A DNA stretch of 64,000 bases from an uncultured candidate division Zixibacteria bacterium (lineage in GTDB: Bacteria > Zixibacteria > MSB-5A5 > GN15 > FEB-12): assembly GCA_963735035.1 (NCBI GenBank), contig CAVTJJ010000002.1:64001-128000 (forward strand). The letters run 5' to 3'. The notes below the pieces were generated by a model. That model saw only the letters and a program-made list of their open reading frames with translations, was not told the origin of the DNA and did no database searches. Position 1 is the first letter of the stretch. Each line of letters opens with the position of its first letter. Shown piece by piece: positions 8,653-18,769 of this stretch. The translations under genes were made by a program, and so were the position numbers.

Positions 8653-9000
8653 GGGTTGAACTTTACAGTTTCACTCCAGTTGAGCACTTGTCGCTTCTCC
8701 AACATGGGTCCAGATGAAAACAGTGCCGGGTGACCCACCTGCTTGCAGGTCGGTTATAAATCCCCTCGAACCCCGCCGATGCCCCCCACCCGACAAGCGG
8801 GTGGGCCACCAGCCAAGTACGGCCCTGTGTCCCGTGACATAGTCTGATTGCATGTCGCAGTATAATTCATACTGCCCGCTCCTGTCAATCACTGCCGGGG
8901 AACAACCGCCCAGGCCACTATCTGAGAATTATTGCGCACTGTCGGACGATGTCATAAATTAGCCGCCAAGAATCGCGAACTACTGAGACACGGAGAACCG

Positions 9001-9531
9001 ATGGCTGAAGAATCAAAAACCCCCTGGCTGAATTACCTCGCCCTTACCACCGTTGTCCTGGCCGTGTGCGCCACCCTCTCGACCTTCCGGGGAAGCAGCT
9101 ACTCTACCAAGTCGGTTCTCGCCCAGTCACAGGCATCGAACCAATGGTCGTATTACCAGTCCAAGAGCATCAAAGGGTATCTCTACGAAATCGGACTGGA
9201 AAAGCTTGAACTGGAACAAAAGGAAAAGGCGCCCTCCCTGTCTCCGGAGTTGGCCGCTGACTACCAGAAAATGATCGAAGAGTATCGGTCCACCATAGCC
9301 CGATACGACGGGGAAAAGAAGACCATCGACAGTACCGCCCGATCCCAGGAAGAACGCCGCGATTGGGCACAGGGTCACTCGCAGACCTTTGGCGTGGCGG
9401 TGATCTTCCTGCAAATAGCGATCCTGCTCTCATCGATCGCCGCCCTTACAAAGAAGAAGCCGCTCTGGTATCTCGGAATGGCTGTCGGCTCGGTCGGTAT
9501 GGTTTACTTCATTATGGGTGTGTTCTTCTGA
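9001..9531 (+). CDS. DUF4337-like membrane protein
   Basis: ASNQWSYYQSKSIK motif, coiled coil, 3 TM; ATG at 9001 after GGAG. Confidence 0.8.
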   Translation: MAEESKTPWLNYLALTTVVLAVCATLSTFRGSSYSTKSVLAQSQASNQWSYYQSKSIKGYLYEIGLEKLELEQKEKAPSLSPELAADYQKMIEEYRSTIARYDGEKKTIDSTARSQEERRDWAQGHSQTFGVAVIFLQIAILLSSIAALTKKKPLWYLGMAVGSVGMVYFIMGVFF

Positions 9532-9888
9532 TCAAGTGAAGCTTCACAAATTGCTTTACTTTGGCAAGTCCCGATAACCCGCCAATGGCGCGGCTGTGCG
9601 GCCCTTGACCGTCCCCTATTGCCGTACAATCTTCGCAAAGTAATTACGCCACTCAACCCCAGATCGTTGGGGGGACGCCGTCTGAATTATTGCGCGCTCC
9701 CCCCCGCACGGGAACCGCAGACGCCCGGAAATTGTTCAACCAGTCTGTGGATCAGCTAAGATCGACAAGTTGGGTCCAATATTAGGACTACTTCAAGGCG
9801 CATAGAAATTTCAAGCTATTTCAACTTTATATATAACGGAAGCATAACAACTAATCAGTACCTGCTCAAAGTCAAAGGAGATGAACTT

Positions 9889-10437
9889 ATGGTCAGGAGA
9901 ATCACACTAGTAATGGCCTTAGTTGCCATGACCGTCGCGGTGGTCGTTGCCGGCGATATGCAGAAGGCCACAACCGGGACACCGTCGATGGAGGCAATGA
10001 AGGCCGGATTGATGAAGTGCTACGTGTGTAAGAACATCGCGGCACACATGGACGAGTATGGCCCCATGGGCATGGAGGCCGTCAAGCTCAACGACGGACT
10101 TGCTATTCGTCACTGGGTCAGAAGCGGTGACCCGAAGAGCGTGGCGGCGTTACATACCGCTTGCATGGCCGCTGGCAAAGCCGGCGAGGAGGCCATGAAT
10201 TTCACGGATGAACAGGCCAAGACGCAGTTGTGCGAGCAGTGCCAGGCGATTCGGGCTGCGGCCAAAGCCGGCGCCCGTGTGAGCAATGGTGCGACGTCCG
10301 ACGGCGATATTATGGTGCTGACCTCCCCAGACCCCGGTGTTCAGATGCAATTGTCGTCGCTGGAGCAAAAGTGCGCCATGATGGCAGTTATGATGGACAT
10401 GCCGGCCAAGGGAAAGCCGACGGCCCAGAAGAACTAG
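9889..10437 (+). CDS. Secreted hypothetical protein with two CxxC motifs
   Basis: GGAG RBS, signal peptide, CYVC and CEQC. Confidence 0.75.
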   Translation: MVRRITLVMALVAMTVAVVVAGDMQKATTGTPSMEAMKAGLMKCYVCKNIAAHMDEYGPMGMEAVKLNDGLAIRHWVRSGDPKSVAALHTACMAAGKAGEEAMNFTDEQAKTQLCEQCQAIRAAAKAGARVSNGATSDGDIMVLTSPDPGVQMQLSSLEQKCAMMAVMMDMPAKGKPTAQKN

Positions 10438-10459
10438 TATGCGAGAATCAGCGGCTTAG

Positions 10460-10492
10460 AGAAGCCCCCTTGACCAGGGGGCTTCTTTCTTT
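10460..10492 (+). terminator. Rho-independent terminator between convergent genes
   Basis: AGAAGCCCCCT-TGACC-AGGGGGCTTCT followed by TTCTTT. Confidence 0.75.
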
Positions 10493-10508
10493 GCCAATTA
10501 TTCGTAGA

Positions 10509-11744
10509 TTAGAAATCGACGCCCAGCCGGGTCAGAAACGTGTCGCTGTGGTCGGAACCTGTCCGGTTGGCTCCGACCGGTGTGCGATAGGTGGTACGAT
10601 TAAGCTCCATCGCCACATACGCAACCGTTCCGGCCTTCTCCACAACCGTGTAGCGACCACCCAGCGAATATCGACCCCTGGTGACTCGTGCGGAGAAGTA
10701 CGACGCCATCCCGTCGTCCTGAAAACTCTCAAACCGAAACGCGGTCGTAAACGGATGCGACCGGGCAAACAACCTTCGAGCCCGGTACAAACCCCGTCGC
10801 GTGAATTGGCTGGGTCGATAGACGAACGAATACGCGGCCGTTAAACTTAGCACACTCTCTCGGAATTCGCGATCGGCGTCCACATACCGCTCCCGACGCA
10901 AGGCCTTGATGTACTCGGCATCGAAAGAGATGCTCTTTGCCATTGGAACAACGATGTTGGTTGCTAATTGAACCACCACGTTGCGTCGAACATGCCCCGG
11001 CTCGCTGAGAACCGCCGCCATCAGGGTTACGGACGAATCCACCGACGAAAATATTCCCGAAGCCACCCATGAGCTGATCTGAGCGGCCGTATCCGGCGCT
11101 CGCATGATTTCGGCGGTATCGAACAGCCGGGATTGGAACAGGTGGTCGCTCGACTCGGCGCCCTTGTAGACCGTCAGCGATGCGTCCAAAGTCGGACCGG
11201 CTTGAATACCGGCCGTCAACCCCACTTTGTTGACCTCATAAGCGTCCTTGGCCATCGGGTCGCTTATCAGTTGATTCTCAAAGACGCCAAAAGGCTGACT
11301 CCTTTTGCCAAATACGGCATAAGGTCCTGAGGCAAAGCCCTGAACATCGATGTGCGCTTCGTCGATAGCTACCCGCTGATCGCCTTCATTGACAAAGTCA
11401 TCCAGCCATTCCGAATTTAGCACGACGGTCGATGAAACATTCTCGGCCAGAGGCGATTCAAGAGCAATTTCGATAATACGCACGTAGAGGTCGGATGTGG
11501 CTCGCTTTCCCGAAGGCCGAATGGGAGTACCGTTGTTCCACCTCAGTTCCCCCTGAAACGTTCCGGACAATTTCAATCTGTCTGTCGGCGACGTGTTCTT
11601 AGTAGTCGTAGAGTCAGATGCGGTGGCTCCAGCCACAGGACTTGCCTTTGCCGTGTAAGCACGTGCCCCAATTAGAAACGTACACGTCGCAACTGCGACC
11701 AGTGTAGTGGACCTAAACAACAACATCTTCTCTCTCCCATCCAA
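10509..11744 (-). CDS. Outer-membrane porin, LbtU-like
   Basis: Signal peptide, IDEAHI...FGKRSQPFGVFENQLISDP motif, C-terminal beta-signal ending in F. Confidence 0.7.
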   Translation of the reverse strand: MDGREKMLLFRSTTLVAVATCTFLIGARAYTAKASPVAGATASDSTTTKNTSPTDRLKLSGTFQGELRWNNGTPIRPSGKRATSDLYVRIIEIALESPLAENVSSTVVLNSEWLDDFVNEGDQRVAIDEAHIDVQGFASGPYAVFGKRSQPFGVFENQLISDPMAKDAYEVNKVGLTAGIQAGPTLDASLTVYKGAESSDHLFQSRLFDTAEIMRAPDTAAQISSWVASGIFSSVDSSVTLMAAVLSEPGHVRRNVVVQLATNIVVPMAKSISFDAEYIKALRRERYVDADREFRESVLSLTAAYSFVYRPSQFTRRGLYRARRLFARSHPFTTAFRFESFQDDGMASYFSARVTRGRYSLGGRYTVVEKAGTVAYVAMELNRTTYRTPVGANRTGSDHSDTFLTRLGVDF

Positions 11745-12183
11745 AGCGGCTGCAATGTAATGTGCAGGATACTATCCACGCAATGCTCAAACCGCCTGGC
11801 TACTCGCGATTGCAGCCCTACCTACGGGCTATCTGAAAATGCGAGATCAAGAGCCGGTAGAACAACCGTTCTTGATGAACATCGTATCCGACTTGTCGCG
11901 ATACCAGGTTCGATAATCGTTGTCGTGCATCCACGACTGGATATCCGCAAGATACGGATTGTGATAGCGCTTGCCGTGCGTTTCGAGATAGATAACTACG
12001 GACGCTCGAAAAGTCGCTCGTTCATCATATTGATGCAAATGAAGTCAATCAGATTGTCACTCTAATTTCTTGACCGACAACATATTGACTTGTGCTTGGG
12101 GACTGGCGTGATGTCCGGGTTCTTCCTAAGTCCTATAAAGTTACAGAAAGACAAACACTGATAAGACAGCCCCAAATAGGGTC

Positions 12184-12211
12184 TTGACAAATACGGGATA
12201 CTCGGTATATT
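12184..12211 (+). promoter_or_regulatory. sigma70 promoter of the aromatic amino acid operon
   Basis: TTGACA-16 bp-TATATT just upstream of the leader ORF. Confidence 0.6.
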
Positions 12212-12220
12212 GGGTCTGAC

Positions 12221-12325
12221 ATGTCCAACTTGGCTTACATAACGGTCGCCCTGATTTCCCTCAGCTCAGTTTTTACCTATTGGTGGTATCGTCATACCCT
12301 CGATAGTGGGCTTGTGCCGGTATAG
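12221..12325 (+). CDS. trpL: Attenuator leader peptide MSNLAYITVALISLSSVFTYWWYRHTLDSGLVPV
   Basis: Tandem TGG TGG at 12281-12286 flanked by Tyr and Phe codons; precedes terminator and trpE. Confidence 0.8.
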   Translation: MSNLAYITVALISLSSVFTYWWYRHTLDSGLVPV

Positions 12326-12348
12326 CCGTTACAGGACAAAGAAATTTG

Positions 12349-12380
12349 AAGCCCGCTATCGAGAAGATAGCGGGCTTTTT
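12349..12380 (+). terminator. Attenuator terminator hairpin
   Basis: AAGCCCGCTATC-GAGAA-GATAGCGGGCTT-TTT; antiterminator partner GATAGTGGGCTT at 12302-12313. Confidence 0.88.
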
Positions 12381-12397
12381 CGTTTCCGGAGGAAAAC

Positions 12398-13867
12398 TTG
12401 GAAATATTCGAAGCTCTAAACGAAAGCCCCCGCAAAGGAAAATTGACCCTCGACCTCGAGGAACTTGATTTCCCCGGAGATCTCGAAACCCCCGTCTCAG
12501 CCTTCATGAAACTACGAGGAGCGGGCGCCCGCTTTCTTCTTGAATCAGCCGAAGACCCCAAATCATCCGGCCGCTACACATTCATAGGCATAGACCCCTT
12601 GCTCCGGATCGAGATACGCGAACAGGATACCCTGATCACGTCGGGCGACGGTAGCCTTACGGTACCACATACGTCATCCAGCGCGCCCTTCGACGGGTTG
12701 AGATTGGTCCTCGATCGATTCCAGACCTCCCCCCATGTCGAAATGCCCCTGCTCGGCGGCCTGGTCGGGTTCACGTCGTACGACATCGTCAAGTTCTTCG
12801 AGCCGAAGTTGGTAAACCTTCTTGCCCCGTCTGATTGGCCGCTCGGCCTCTTCTACTTCGTCGACAAGCTTCTCGTTTTCGACCACTACATGCGGCGCAT
12901 GAAATTGGTCCGCCTGCTTCATCAGGGCGAGACCCTTCGCTCCGGCGGCGAACCGATCGGGCTGGAACAAATCAGAGCCAACCTCGACGGCGCCCGCGTG
13001 CTCGCCTCAAATGGCAAGACTGCAGCCGACAGTGACTACATCTCCAATTTCACACAGGCCGAGTACGAAGCTATGGTTCTGAAAACTCAGGAGCATATTG
13101 TGAAGGGAGACATCTTCCAGACGGTAGTCTCGCAGTGCGAACAGCGTGAGTCAGCGGTAGATTGCTTTCAGGTCTATCGGGCGCTCCGCATGCTCAACCC
13201 TTCTCCCTATATGTACTACCTGGATTTTGGCGAGATCGAACTGATCGGGTCCTCGCCTGAGGCACTTGTCAAGCTGCGCGACGGCCTGGCTACAGCCCGA
13301 CCCATCGCCGGCACTCGAAGGCGCGGCCGCACTCCGGACGATGACCACCGCATGGCTGAAGAACTAATCCGCGATGAAAAGGAACGCGCTGAACATGTCA
13401 TGCTGGTTGATCTCGCCCGTAACGATCTCGGAAGAGTATGCGAGTTCGGCTCCATCTCAGTACCATCCATGCTTCAATTGGAATACTACTCCCACGTCAT
13501 GCACTTGACATCCACCGTTACAGGACGACTGCGAAGCGGCTGTGACCAATTTGATCTATTCCGCTCGGCCTTCCCGGCGGGGACTGTGTCAGGCGCTCCC
13601 AAGTTACGGGCAATGGAGATTATTGCCGATCTCGAGAAGTCGGCACGTGGGCCGTACGCCGGAGCAGTCGGTTACTTCTCGCTCTCGGGCGATTGCGACA
13701 TGTGTATAACGATCCGCACGATCATCAAGCGTAAGGGCAAACTCCTGCTGCAGGCCGGGGCCGGCATTGTCGCCGACTCGATTCCCTCGCAAGAATACCT
13801 CGAAACCAGAAACAAAATTGCGGTTCTCAAGAAAGCCATCAGCGACGCCGAGGAGGGACGGCTATGA
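12398..13867 (+). CDS. trpE: Anthranilate synthase component I
   Basis: LLES, NPSPYMYY, SSPE, PIAGTRRRG, EHVMLVDLARND, FPAGTVSGAPK. Confidence 0.95.
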   Translation: MEIFEALNESPRKGKLTLDLEELDFPGDLETPVSAFMKLRGAGARFLLESAEDPKSSGRYTFIGIDPLLRIEIREQDTLITSGDGSLTVPHTSSSAPFDGLRLVLDRFQTSPHVEMPLLGGLVGFTSYDIVKFFEPKLVNLLAPSDWPLGLFYFVDKLLVFDHYMRRMKLVRLLHQGETLRSGGEPIGLEQIRANLDGARVLASNGKTAADSDYISNFTQAEYEAMVLKTQEHIVKGDIFQTVVSQCEQRESAVDCFQVYRALRMLNPSPYMYYLDFGEIELIGSSPEALVKLRDGLATARPIAGTRRRGRTPDDDHRMAEELIRDEKERAEHVMLVDLARNDLGRVCEFGSISVPSMLQLEYYSHVMHLTSTVTGRLRSGCDQFDLFRSAFPAGTVSGAPKLRAMEIIADLEKSARGPYAGAVGYFSLSGDCDMCITIRTIIKRKGKLLLQAGAGIVADSIPSQEYLETRNKIAVLKKAISDAEEGRL

Positions 13868-14433
13868 CGCTCTTCATCGACAACTACGATTCATTCATCT
13901 ATAACCTCGTCCAGTACTTCGGCGAGAGAGACCCCAACCTGCGCGTGTGTCGCCCGGAGCAGATCACTCTCGAGGAAGTTGTCACTTTGCACCCCGAGAG
14001 GATCATCCTCTCCCCCGGTCCCGGGCATCCCCGCGACGCCGCCCTGTGCCTTGATATCATCAAGACGCTCCACACTCAGATTCCGATTCTCGGCGTCTGC
14101 CTGGGACATCAGTGCATCGCGACGGCGTTTGGGGCCGACGTAATTCCGGCCGAACGGCTCGTGCACGGGAAGACATCGGAAATCTACCATCGCGGCCGGG
14201 GTATTCTATCCGGTCTGCCCAACCCGTTTCGCGCCACCCGCTATCATTCACTGATTGTCAGCGAAGAGACCCTGCCCCCTGAACTTAAGGTTGTCGCCTA
14301 TACCAACGACGGCGAAGTCATGGGGCTGATGCACGAATCTTCGCCCCTGTTCGGAGTTCAGTTTCATCCGGAGTCGATTCTCACCGAAGAAGGCAAGCAG
14401 ATCATCAATCACTTTATGGAATGGCGCTCATGA
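13864..14433 (+). CDS. trpG: Anthranilate synthase component II (glutamine amidotransferase)
   Basis: IDNYDSF, SPGPG, GVCLGHQ, QFHPES. Confidence 0.95.
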   Translation: MTLFIDNYDSFIYNLVQYFGERDPNLRVCRPEQITLEEVVTLHPERIILSPGPGHPRDAALCLDIIKTLHTQIPILGVCLGHQCIATAFGADVIPAERLVHGKTSEIYHRGRGILSGLPNPFRATRYHSLIVSEETLPPELKVVAYTNDGEVMGLMHESSPLFGVQFHPESILTEEGKQIINHFMEWRS

Positions 14434-15446
14434 CCAGAAACGTCCTTAACAAATTGACCGAAGGCCGCTCACTTGGCCTGGCCGAAACCGAAGCGTTCAT
14501 TGATGCGATCGCCGGCGGCAGCGCTACCGACGCCCAGATTGCGGCTTTCCTGACCGGCTTGCGAATCAAAGGCGAGAGCGCCGAGGAACTCGCAGGATGT
14601 GTCAGCGCCTTGCGACGGCACGCCGTTCATGTCCCCCATCATCAGAAGATCGTCTTCGATTGCTGCGGCACGGGCGGTGACGGTTCCAACACCTCGAACA
14701 TTTCGACCGCAGCGGCGTTTGTGGTGGCTTCTTGTGGCGTTCCCACAGCCAAGCACGGTAACCGCGCGGTCAGCTCGAGTTGTGGCTCAGCCGACATCCT
14801 CGAAGAAGCGGGCGCGAAAATCGACATCAGCCCCGAGCATTCCGCGCGACTTCTCGATGAGATCGGCTTCTGCTTCCTCTTTGCCCCGCATTATCATCCC
14901 GCTACCATGCGAGTTGCCAAAGTGCGTCGAGAACTCGCCTTCCGCACGATCTTCAACCTGATCGGCCCCCTCCTCAACCCGGCCCGCGCCACTCACCAGA
15001 TCATCGGAACGTCGTCCTCGAAGTACGCCGCGCTGCTGGCGACGGTAGCAGGACACTTCACCCAGCAGAGTATTGTCAGTTTTCACAATTCACTCGGCGT
15101 TGATGAAATCCTGCCACTGGGTACGAATGTCCTGTACCGCTGGTCGGACAATCACGCCCGACCGGAGATATTATCTGTCCCGGCTTTGTTCGGCGACGGC
15201 TTCACGCTTGATGCCATTCGCGGCGGCGACCGCAAGACAAACCTTGTCATTTTGAAAGAAGTTCTGGCAGGCACGATTTCGTTCCACACGAAAGTAACCG
15301 CGCTCAACGCCGCCCTGGGCCTTCTCTGTGTGGGCAAGGTGTCGGATCTCGAAGACGGCTATGATATGGCGATGGATTCTCTCCGATCAGGATTAGCCAT
15401 CCGACTGTTCGAACGGTTTGTAACAATGTCGCAAGAGGCCGACTGA
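14430..15446 (+). CDS. trpD: Anthranilate phosphoribosyltransferase
   Basis: DCCGTGGDG, KHGNRAVSSSCGSAD, RTIFNLIGPL. Confidence 0.95.
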   Translation: MTRNVLNKLTEGRSLGLAETEAFIDAIAGGSATDAQIAAFLTGLRIKGESAEELAGCVSALRRHAVHVPHHQKIVFDCCGTGGDGSNTSNISTAAAFVVASCGVPTAKHGNRAVSSSCGSADILEEAGAKIDISPEHSARLLDEIGFCFLFAPHYHPATMRVAKVRRELAFRTIFNLIGPLLNPARATHQIIGTSSSKYAALLATVAGHFTQQSIVSFHNSLGVDEILPLGTNVLYRWSDNHARPEILSVPALFGDGFTLDAIRGGDRKTNLVILKEVLAGTISFHTKVTALNAALGLLCVGKVSDLEDGYDMAMDSLRSGLAIRLFERFVTMSQEAD

Positions 15447-16219
15447 TGCTGTTCACCATTGCCAACCGGGTGCGAGCGCGACTCGAGGCCCAGGATCGTG
15501 CGGCATGGGAGCGCGCCATCGAGTCCAAATTACAGTTGCGGGGTCCATGTCTCGGATTTCGACAGGCGCTTGTTGGTGATGGCGAGCATTTCATATTCGA
15601 AATCAAGAGAACCTCTCCGAGGAGCCGGGGTACTACGATCTTGTTGGACGTAGCCACGACCGCCAGAAGCCTGCAGGACCATGGCACTTCAGCCATCAGC
15701 GTCCTGACAGAAAGCGACTACTTCGGCGGCAGCCTCTCCGATCTCGATACCGCCCGTCAATCCGTGTCTCTGCCATTACTGCGCAAGGATTTCATTGTCG
15801 ATAAGCTTCAGATCGCCGAAGCCAAAGCGTTTGGCGCCGACGCGGTCTTGTTGATAGCCGCGCTTCTTCCAGATGGACTGTTGAGGGAGTTCGTGGCGTG
15901 CGCGTTTTCGCTGGGTATCGACGCCCTGGTCGAGATTCATGATGAGTCCGAGCTTGGCCATGTCGTGGACTCGGGAGCAACGATTATCGGTGTCAACAAC
16001 CGCAATCTACACGCTATGACAATCGATCTTCCTGCGGGCGCGCGACTGCTGCAATTGGTTCCCGATCATTGTGTTCGGGTGGCCGAAAGCGGCCTGGCGT
16101 CCCGTGCCGACGTAATTATGATGCGCGATGCCGGCGCCAATGCCTTTCTGATTGGCTCTGCGATCATGCGCGCTCCCGATATGACCGCCGCTATCAAGGA
16201 GTTGATAGGTCATGACTAA
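15446..16219 (+). CDS. trpC: Indole-3-glycerol phosphate synthase
   Basis: EIKRTSP, ISVLTE, LLRKDFI, IGVNNRNL, VAESG. Confidence 0.93.
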   Translation: MLFTIANRVRARLEAQDRAAWERAIESKLQLRGPCLGFRQALVGDGEHFIFEIKRTSPRSRGTTILLDVATTARSLQDHGTSAISVLTESDYFGGSLSDLDTARQSVSLPLLRKDFIVDKLQIAEAKAFGADAVLLIAALLPDGLLREFVACAFSLGIDALVEIHDESELGHVVDSGATIIGVNNRNLHAMTIDLPAGARLLQLVPDHCVRVAESGLASRADVIMMRDAGANAFLIGSAIMRAPDMTAAIKELIGHD

Positions 16220-16802
16220 GGTCAAATTCTGCGGCATTACTAACGTGCGGGACGCTATCGCCGCGGTCGACGCCGGCGCTGATTTTATCGGCCTGGTTCT
16301 GTCGCCTTCTCCCCGACGTGTCGACATTCAGACGGTTGAGAGTATCGTATCCGCCGTGGCTGACAGGGTGTGCACTGTCGGCGTGTTTGCTTCGGAAGCG
16401 GATCTCCTGTCGTTCGATCGAACCACTGATAGTCAGCTCGACTACTTTCAGGTGTACTTTGACTACCGCGGTCTACCCGTCCGACAACCACAGAGGGATT
16501 GGATCAGGTCGTTCTGGATCACTGACTCGGTCAATTGTGAACACCCGAACCACTCCGGCTTGTTTCTATATGATTTCAAGAAGCCCGGTATCGATGCTAT
16601 GCGCGATCTGTGTTCTGAACGTCAGGACGAAATCACACAACGGACATTCATAGCCGGCAATCTGACAGTCGAGAACGTTCACGACGTAGTAAGCGAGTTT
16701 CGGCCGTTCGGTGTTGATGTCGCGCGTGGCACCGAGCTGTCGCCGGGTATGAAGGATGTGGCCAAGATGGAACAGTTTATTCAGAGAGTAAAGAATGTCT
16801 AA
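16212..16802 (+). CDS. trpF: Phosphoribosylanthranilate isomerase
   Basis: VKFCGIT, SPRRV, IAGNLT, GVDVARGTE...KD. Confidence 0.88.
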   Translation: MTKVKFCGITNVRDAIAAVDAGADFIGLVLSPSPRRVDIQTVESIVSAVADRVCTVGVFASEADLLSFDRTTDSQLDYFQVYFDYRGLPVRQPQRDWIRSFWITDSVNCEHPNHSGLFLYDFKKPGIDAMRDLCSERQDEITQRTFIAGNLTVENVHDVVSEFRPFGVDVARGTELSPGMKDVAKMEQFIQRVKNV

Positions 16803-17985
16803 ATCACTACGAAAAGGATACTACGGCGAGTTCGGTGGTCGGTTCGTCCCCGAGACATTGGTCGCGGCTCTGGATGAACTGGAGCGCTGCTTTGTCAAAT
16901 CGCGAGGGGAGAAACAATTCAAGGCTGAGCTGCAGGGTCTGCTTCGGGATTTCGGAGGCCGTCCCACGCCACTCTACCTGGCTACCAATCTGACCCGACG
17001 CTGGAAAGGGGCGCGGATCTATCTCAAACGTGAAGACCTCAACCACACCGGCGCACATAAGATAAATAACACAATCGGCCAGGCACTGCTCGCCAGACGT
17101 CTGGGCAAGAAGCGAATTGTCGCGGAGACGGGTGCCGGACAGCACGGAACCGCCACGGCGGCTGTGTGCGCCATGATGGGGCTTCGCTGCATCATATACA
17201 TGGGCAGCCACGACATGCAACGTCAGCAGCCCAATGTTCTGCGCATGCAATACCTGGGCGCCGAAGTACGCGAGGTAAAAGCCGGTCTGGCCACGCTCAA
17301 AGAGGCAACTTCCGAAGCCATTCGCGACTGGGTCACAAATGTCAATGATACTCACTACATCATAGGCTCGGCGGTCGGCCCTCACCCCTACCCCATGATC
17401 GTGAAAGAGTTTCAGTCGGTGATAGGCCGAGAGACCCATCAACAGATCATGCGCCGTGAACACCATCTCCCAGACTACGTCGTAGCCTGCATCGGCGGCG
17501 GTTCGAACGCCATAGGCATATTCTCGTCATTTCTCAAGGACCCCAAAGTCGCGCTGATCGGTGTGGAGTCGGCCGGCGAAAGTCTGAAGCCGGGACGGCA
17601 TGCGGCTGCCCTCGGGATGGGTACGCCGGGGGTGCTTCATGGATCGCGCAGCTACATACTTCAGGACAGCGAAGGCCAAATATCGCTGACCACTACAATA
17701 AGCGCCGGTCTTGACTACCCGGGCGTGGGCCCGGAACACGCCTCGCTCAAGGATTCCGGCCGGGTGCTCTATCGCACCGCGTTGGACCGGGAGGCGGTTA
17801 CCGCGTTTCGAGAGTTGTGCTGCTACGAAGGCATCATTCCTGCACTCGAATCGAGCTTCGCCCTGGCCTATGCCCGCAAGCTGGCTCGCAAGACGAAACC
17901 GAATCAGATCATAATAGTCAACCTCTCCGGCCGGGGTGACAAAGACCTGCAAAGCGTGATCGATTATGAACGACAAGCTGAATAA
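16795..17985 (+). CDS. trpB: Tryptophan synthase beta chain
   Basis: KREDLNHTGAHKINN, AETGAGQHG, GLDYPGVGPEH, NLSGRGDKD. Confidence 0.97.
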   Translation: MSKSLRKGYYGEFGGRFVPETLVAALDELERCFVKSRGEKQFKAELQGLLRDFGGRPTPLYLATNLTRRWKGARIYLKREDLNHTGAHKINNTIGQALLARRLGKKRIVAETGAGQHGTATAAVCAMMGLRCIIYMGSHDMQRQQPNVLRMQYLGAEVREVKAGLATLKEATSEAIRDWVTNVNDTHYIIGSAVGPHPYPMIVKEFQSVIGRETHQQIMRREHHLPDYVVACIGGGSNAIGIFSSFLKDPKVALIGVESAGESLKPGRHAAALGMGTPGVLHGSRSYILQDSEGQISLTTTISAGLDYPGVGPEHASLKDSGRVLYRTALDREAVTAFRELCCYEGIIPALESSFALAYARKLARKTKPNQIIIVNLSGRGDKDLQSVIDYERQAE

Positions 17986-18769
17986 GACCTTGGCCGATCT
18001 GAAAAAAGCCAACCGGAAGGCCCTGATGCCGTTTATCACAGCGGGCTTTCCGAGCCAGGAGCGCTTTGCGGCAGCTGTCGATGCTATCTGCGAGTCCGGC
18101 GCCGACATCATCGAGATCGGCTTCCCTCATTCCGATCCGCTCGCCGACGGCCCCGTGATCCAGCATTCGTCGCACCGGGCCATCAACCAGGGCTTTACTG
18201 TTGCCAAGGGATTTGCAGCCATCAAATCGATTACGACACGTCACACGCTTCCTGTAGTGATAATGTGCTACAGCAACCTTATCGAAAAGGCTGGTCCCGC
18301 CCGATTCCTCAAATCGTGTCTAGATTCGGGTGTGAGCGGCTTGATCGTCCCCGACATGACTGTGGAAGAAAGCTCCCTGCTACGGAAGCTCTGCTCCGAC
18401 GCCGGTATCGCTTTCATTAATCTAATCGCACCCACTACCCCGCCAAAACGAGCCGCAACCATAGCCGCATCAGGGTCGGGGTTCCTCTATTTCGTGAGTG
18501 TGGTCGGCACCACCGGACCGAGAGCGCGCTTCGACAAGTCCATCGAGCGCCGGATACGACAACTACGAAGCCACACCGCTCTGCCGATATGTATCGGCTT
18601 TGGCATCTCATCCTCGGAAACCGCAGCCGAAGCTGCCCGATATTCCGACGGGGTCATTATCGGGAGCAAAGTCATCCAGCTCATTGACTCCGACGGCGAC
18701 AACGATCATTTCCCCCACCTCAGAACGTTCCTGCTTGAGGTGGCAACCACATTAGGAGGCAAACAATGA
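17966..18769 (+). CDS. trpA: Tryptophan synthase alpha chain
   Basis: IEIGFPHSDPLADGPVIQ, GFGIS, DGVIIGS. Confidence 0.96.
   Translation: MNDKLNKTLADLKKANRKALMPFITAGFPSQERFAAAVDAICESGADIIEIGFPHSDPLADGPVIQHSSHRAINQGFTVAKGFAAIKSITTRHTLPVVIMCYSNLIEKAGPARFLKSCLDSGVSGLIVPDMTVEESSLLRKLCSDAGIAFINLIAPTTPPKRAATIAASGSGFLYFVSVVGTTGPRARFDKSIERRIRQLRSHTALPICIGFGISSSETAAEAARYSDGVIIGSKVIQLIDSDGDNDHFPHLRTFLLEVATTLGGKQ

Noticed and set aside
11847..12038. 63-aa minus-strand ORF, possibly a gene remnant
   Set aside because: No RBS or assignable motif
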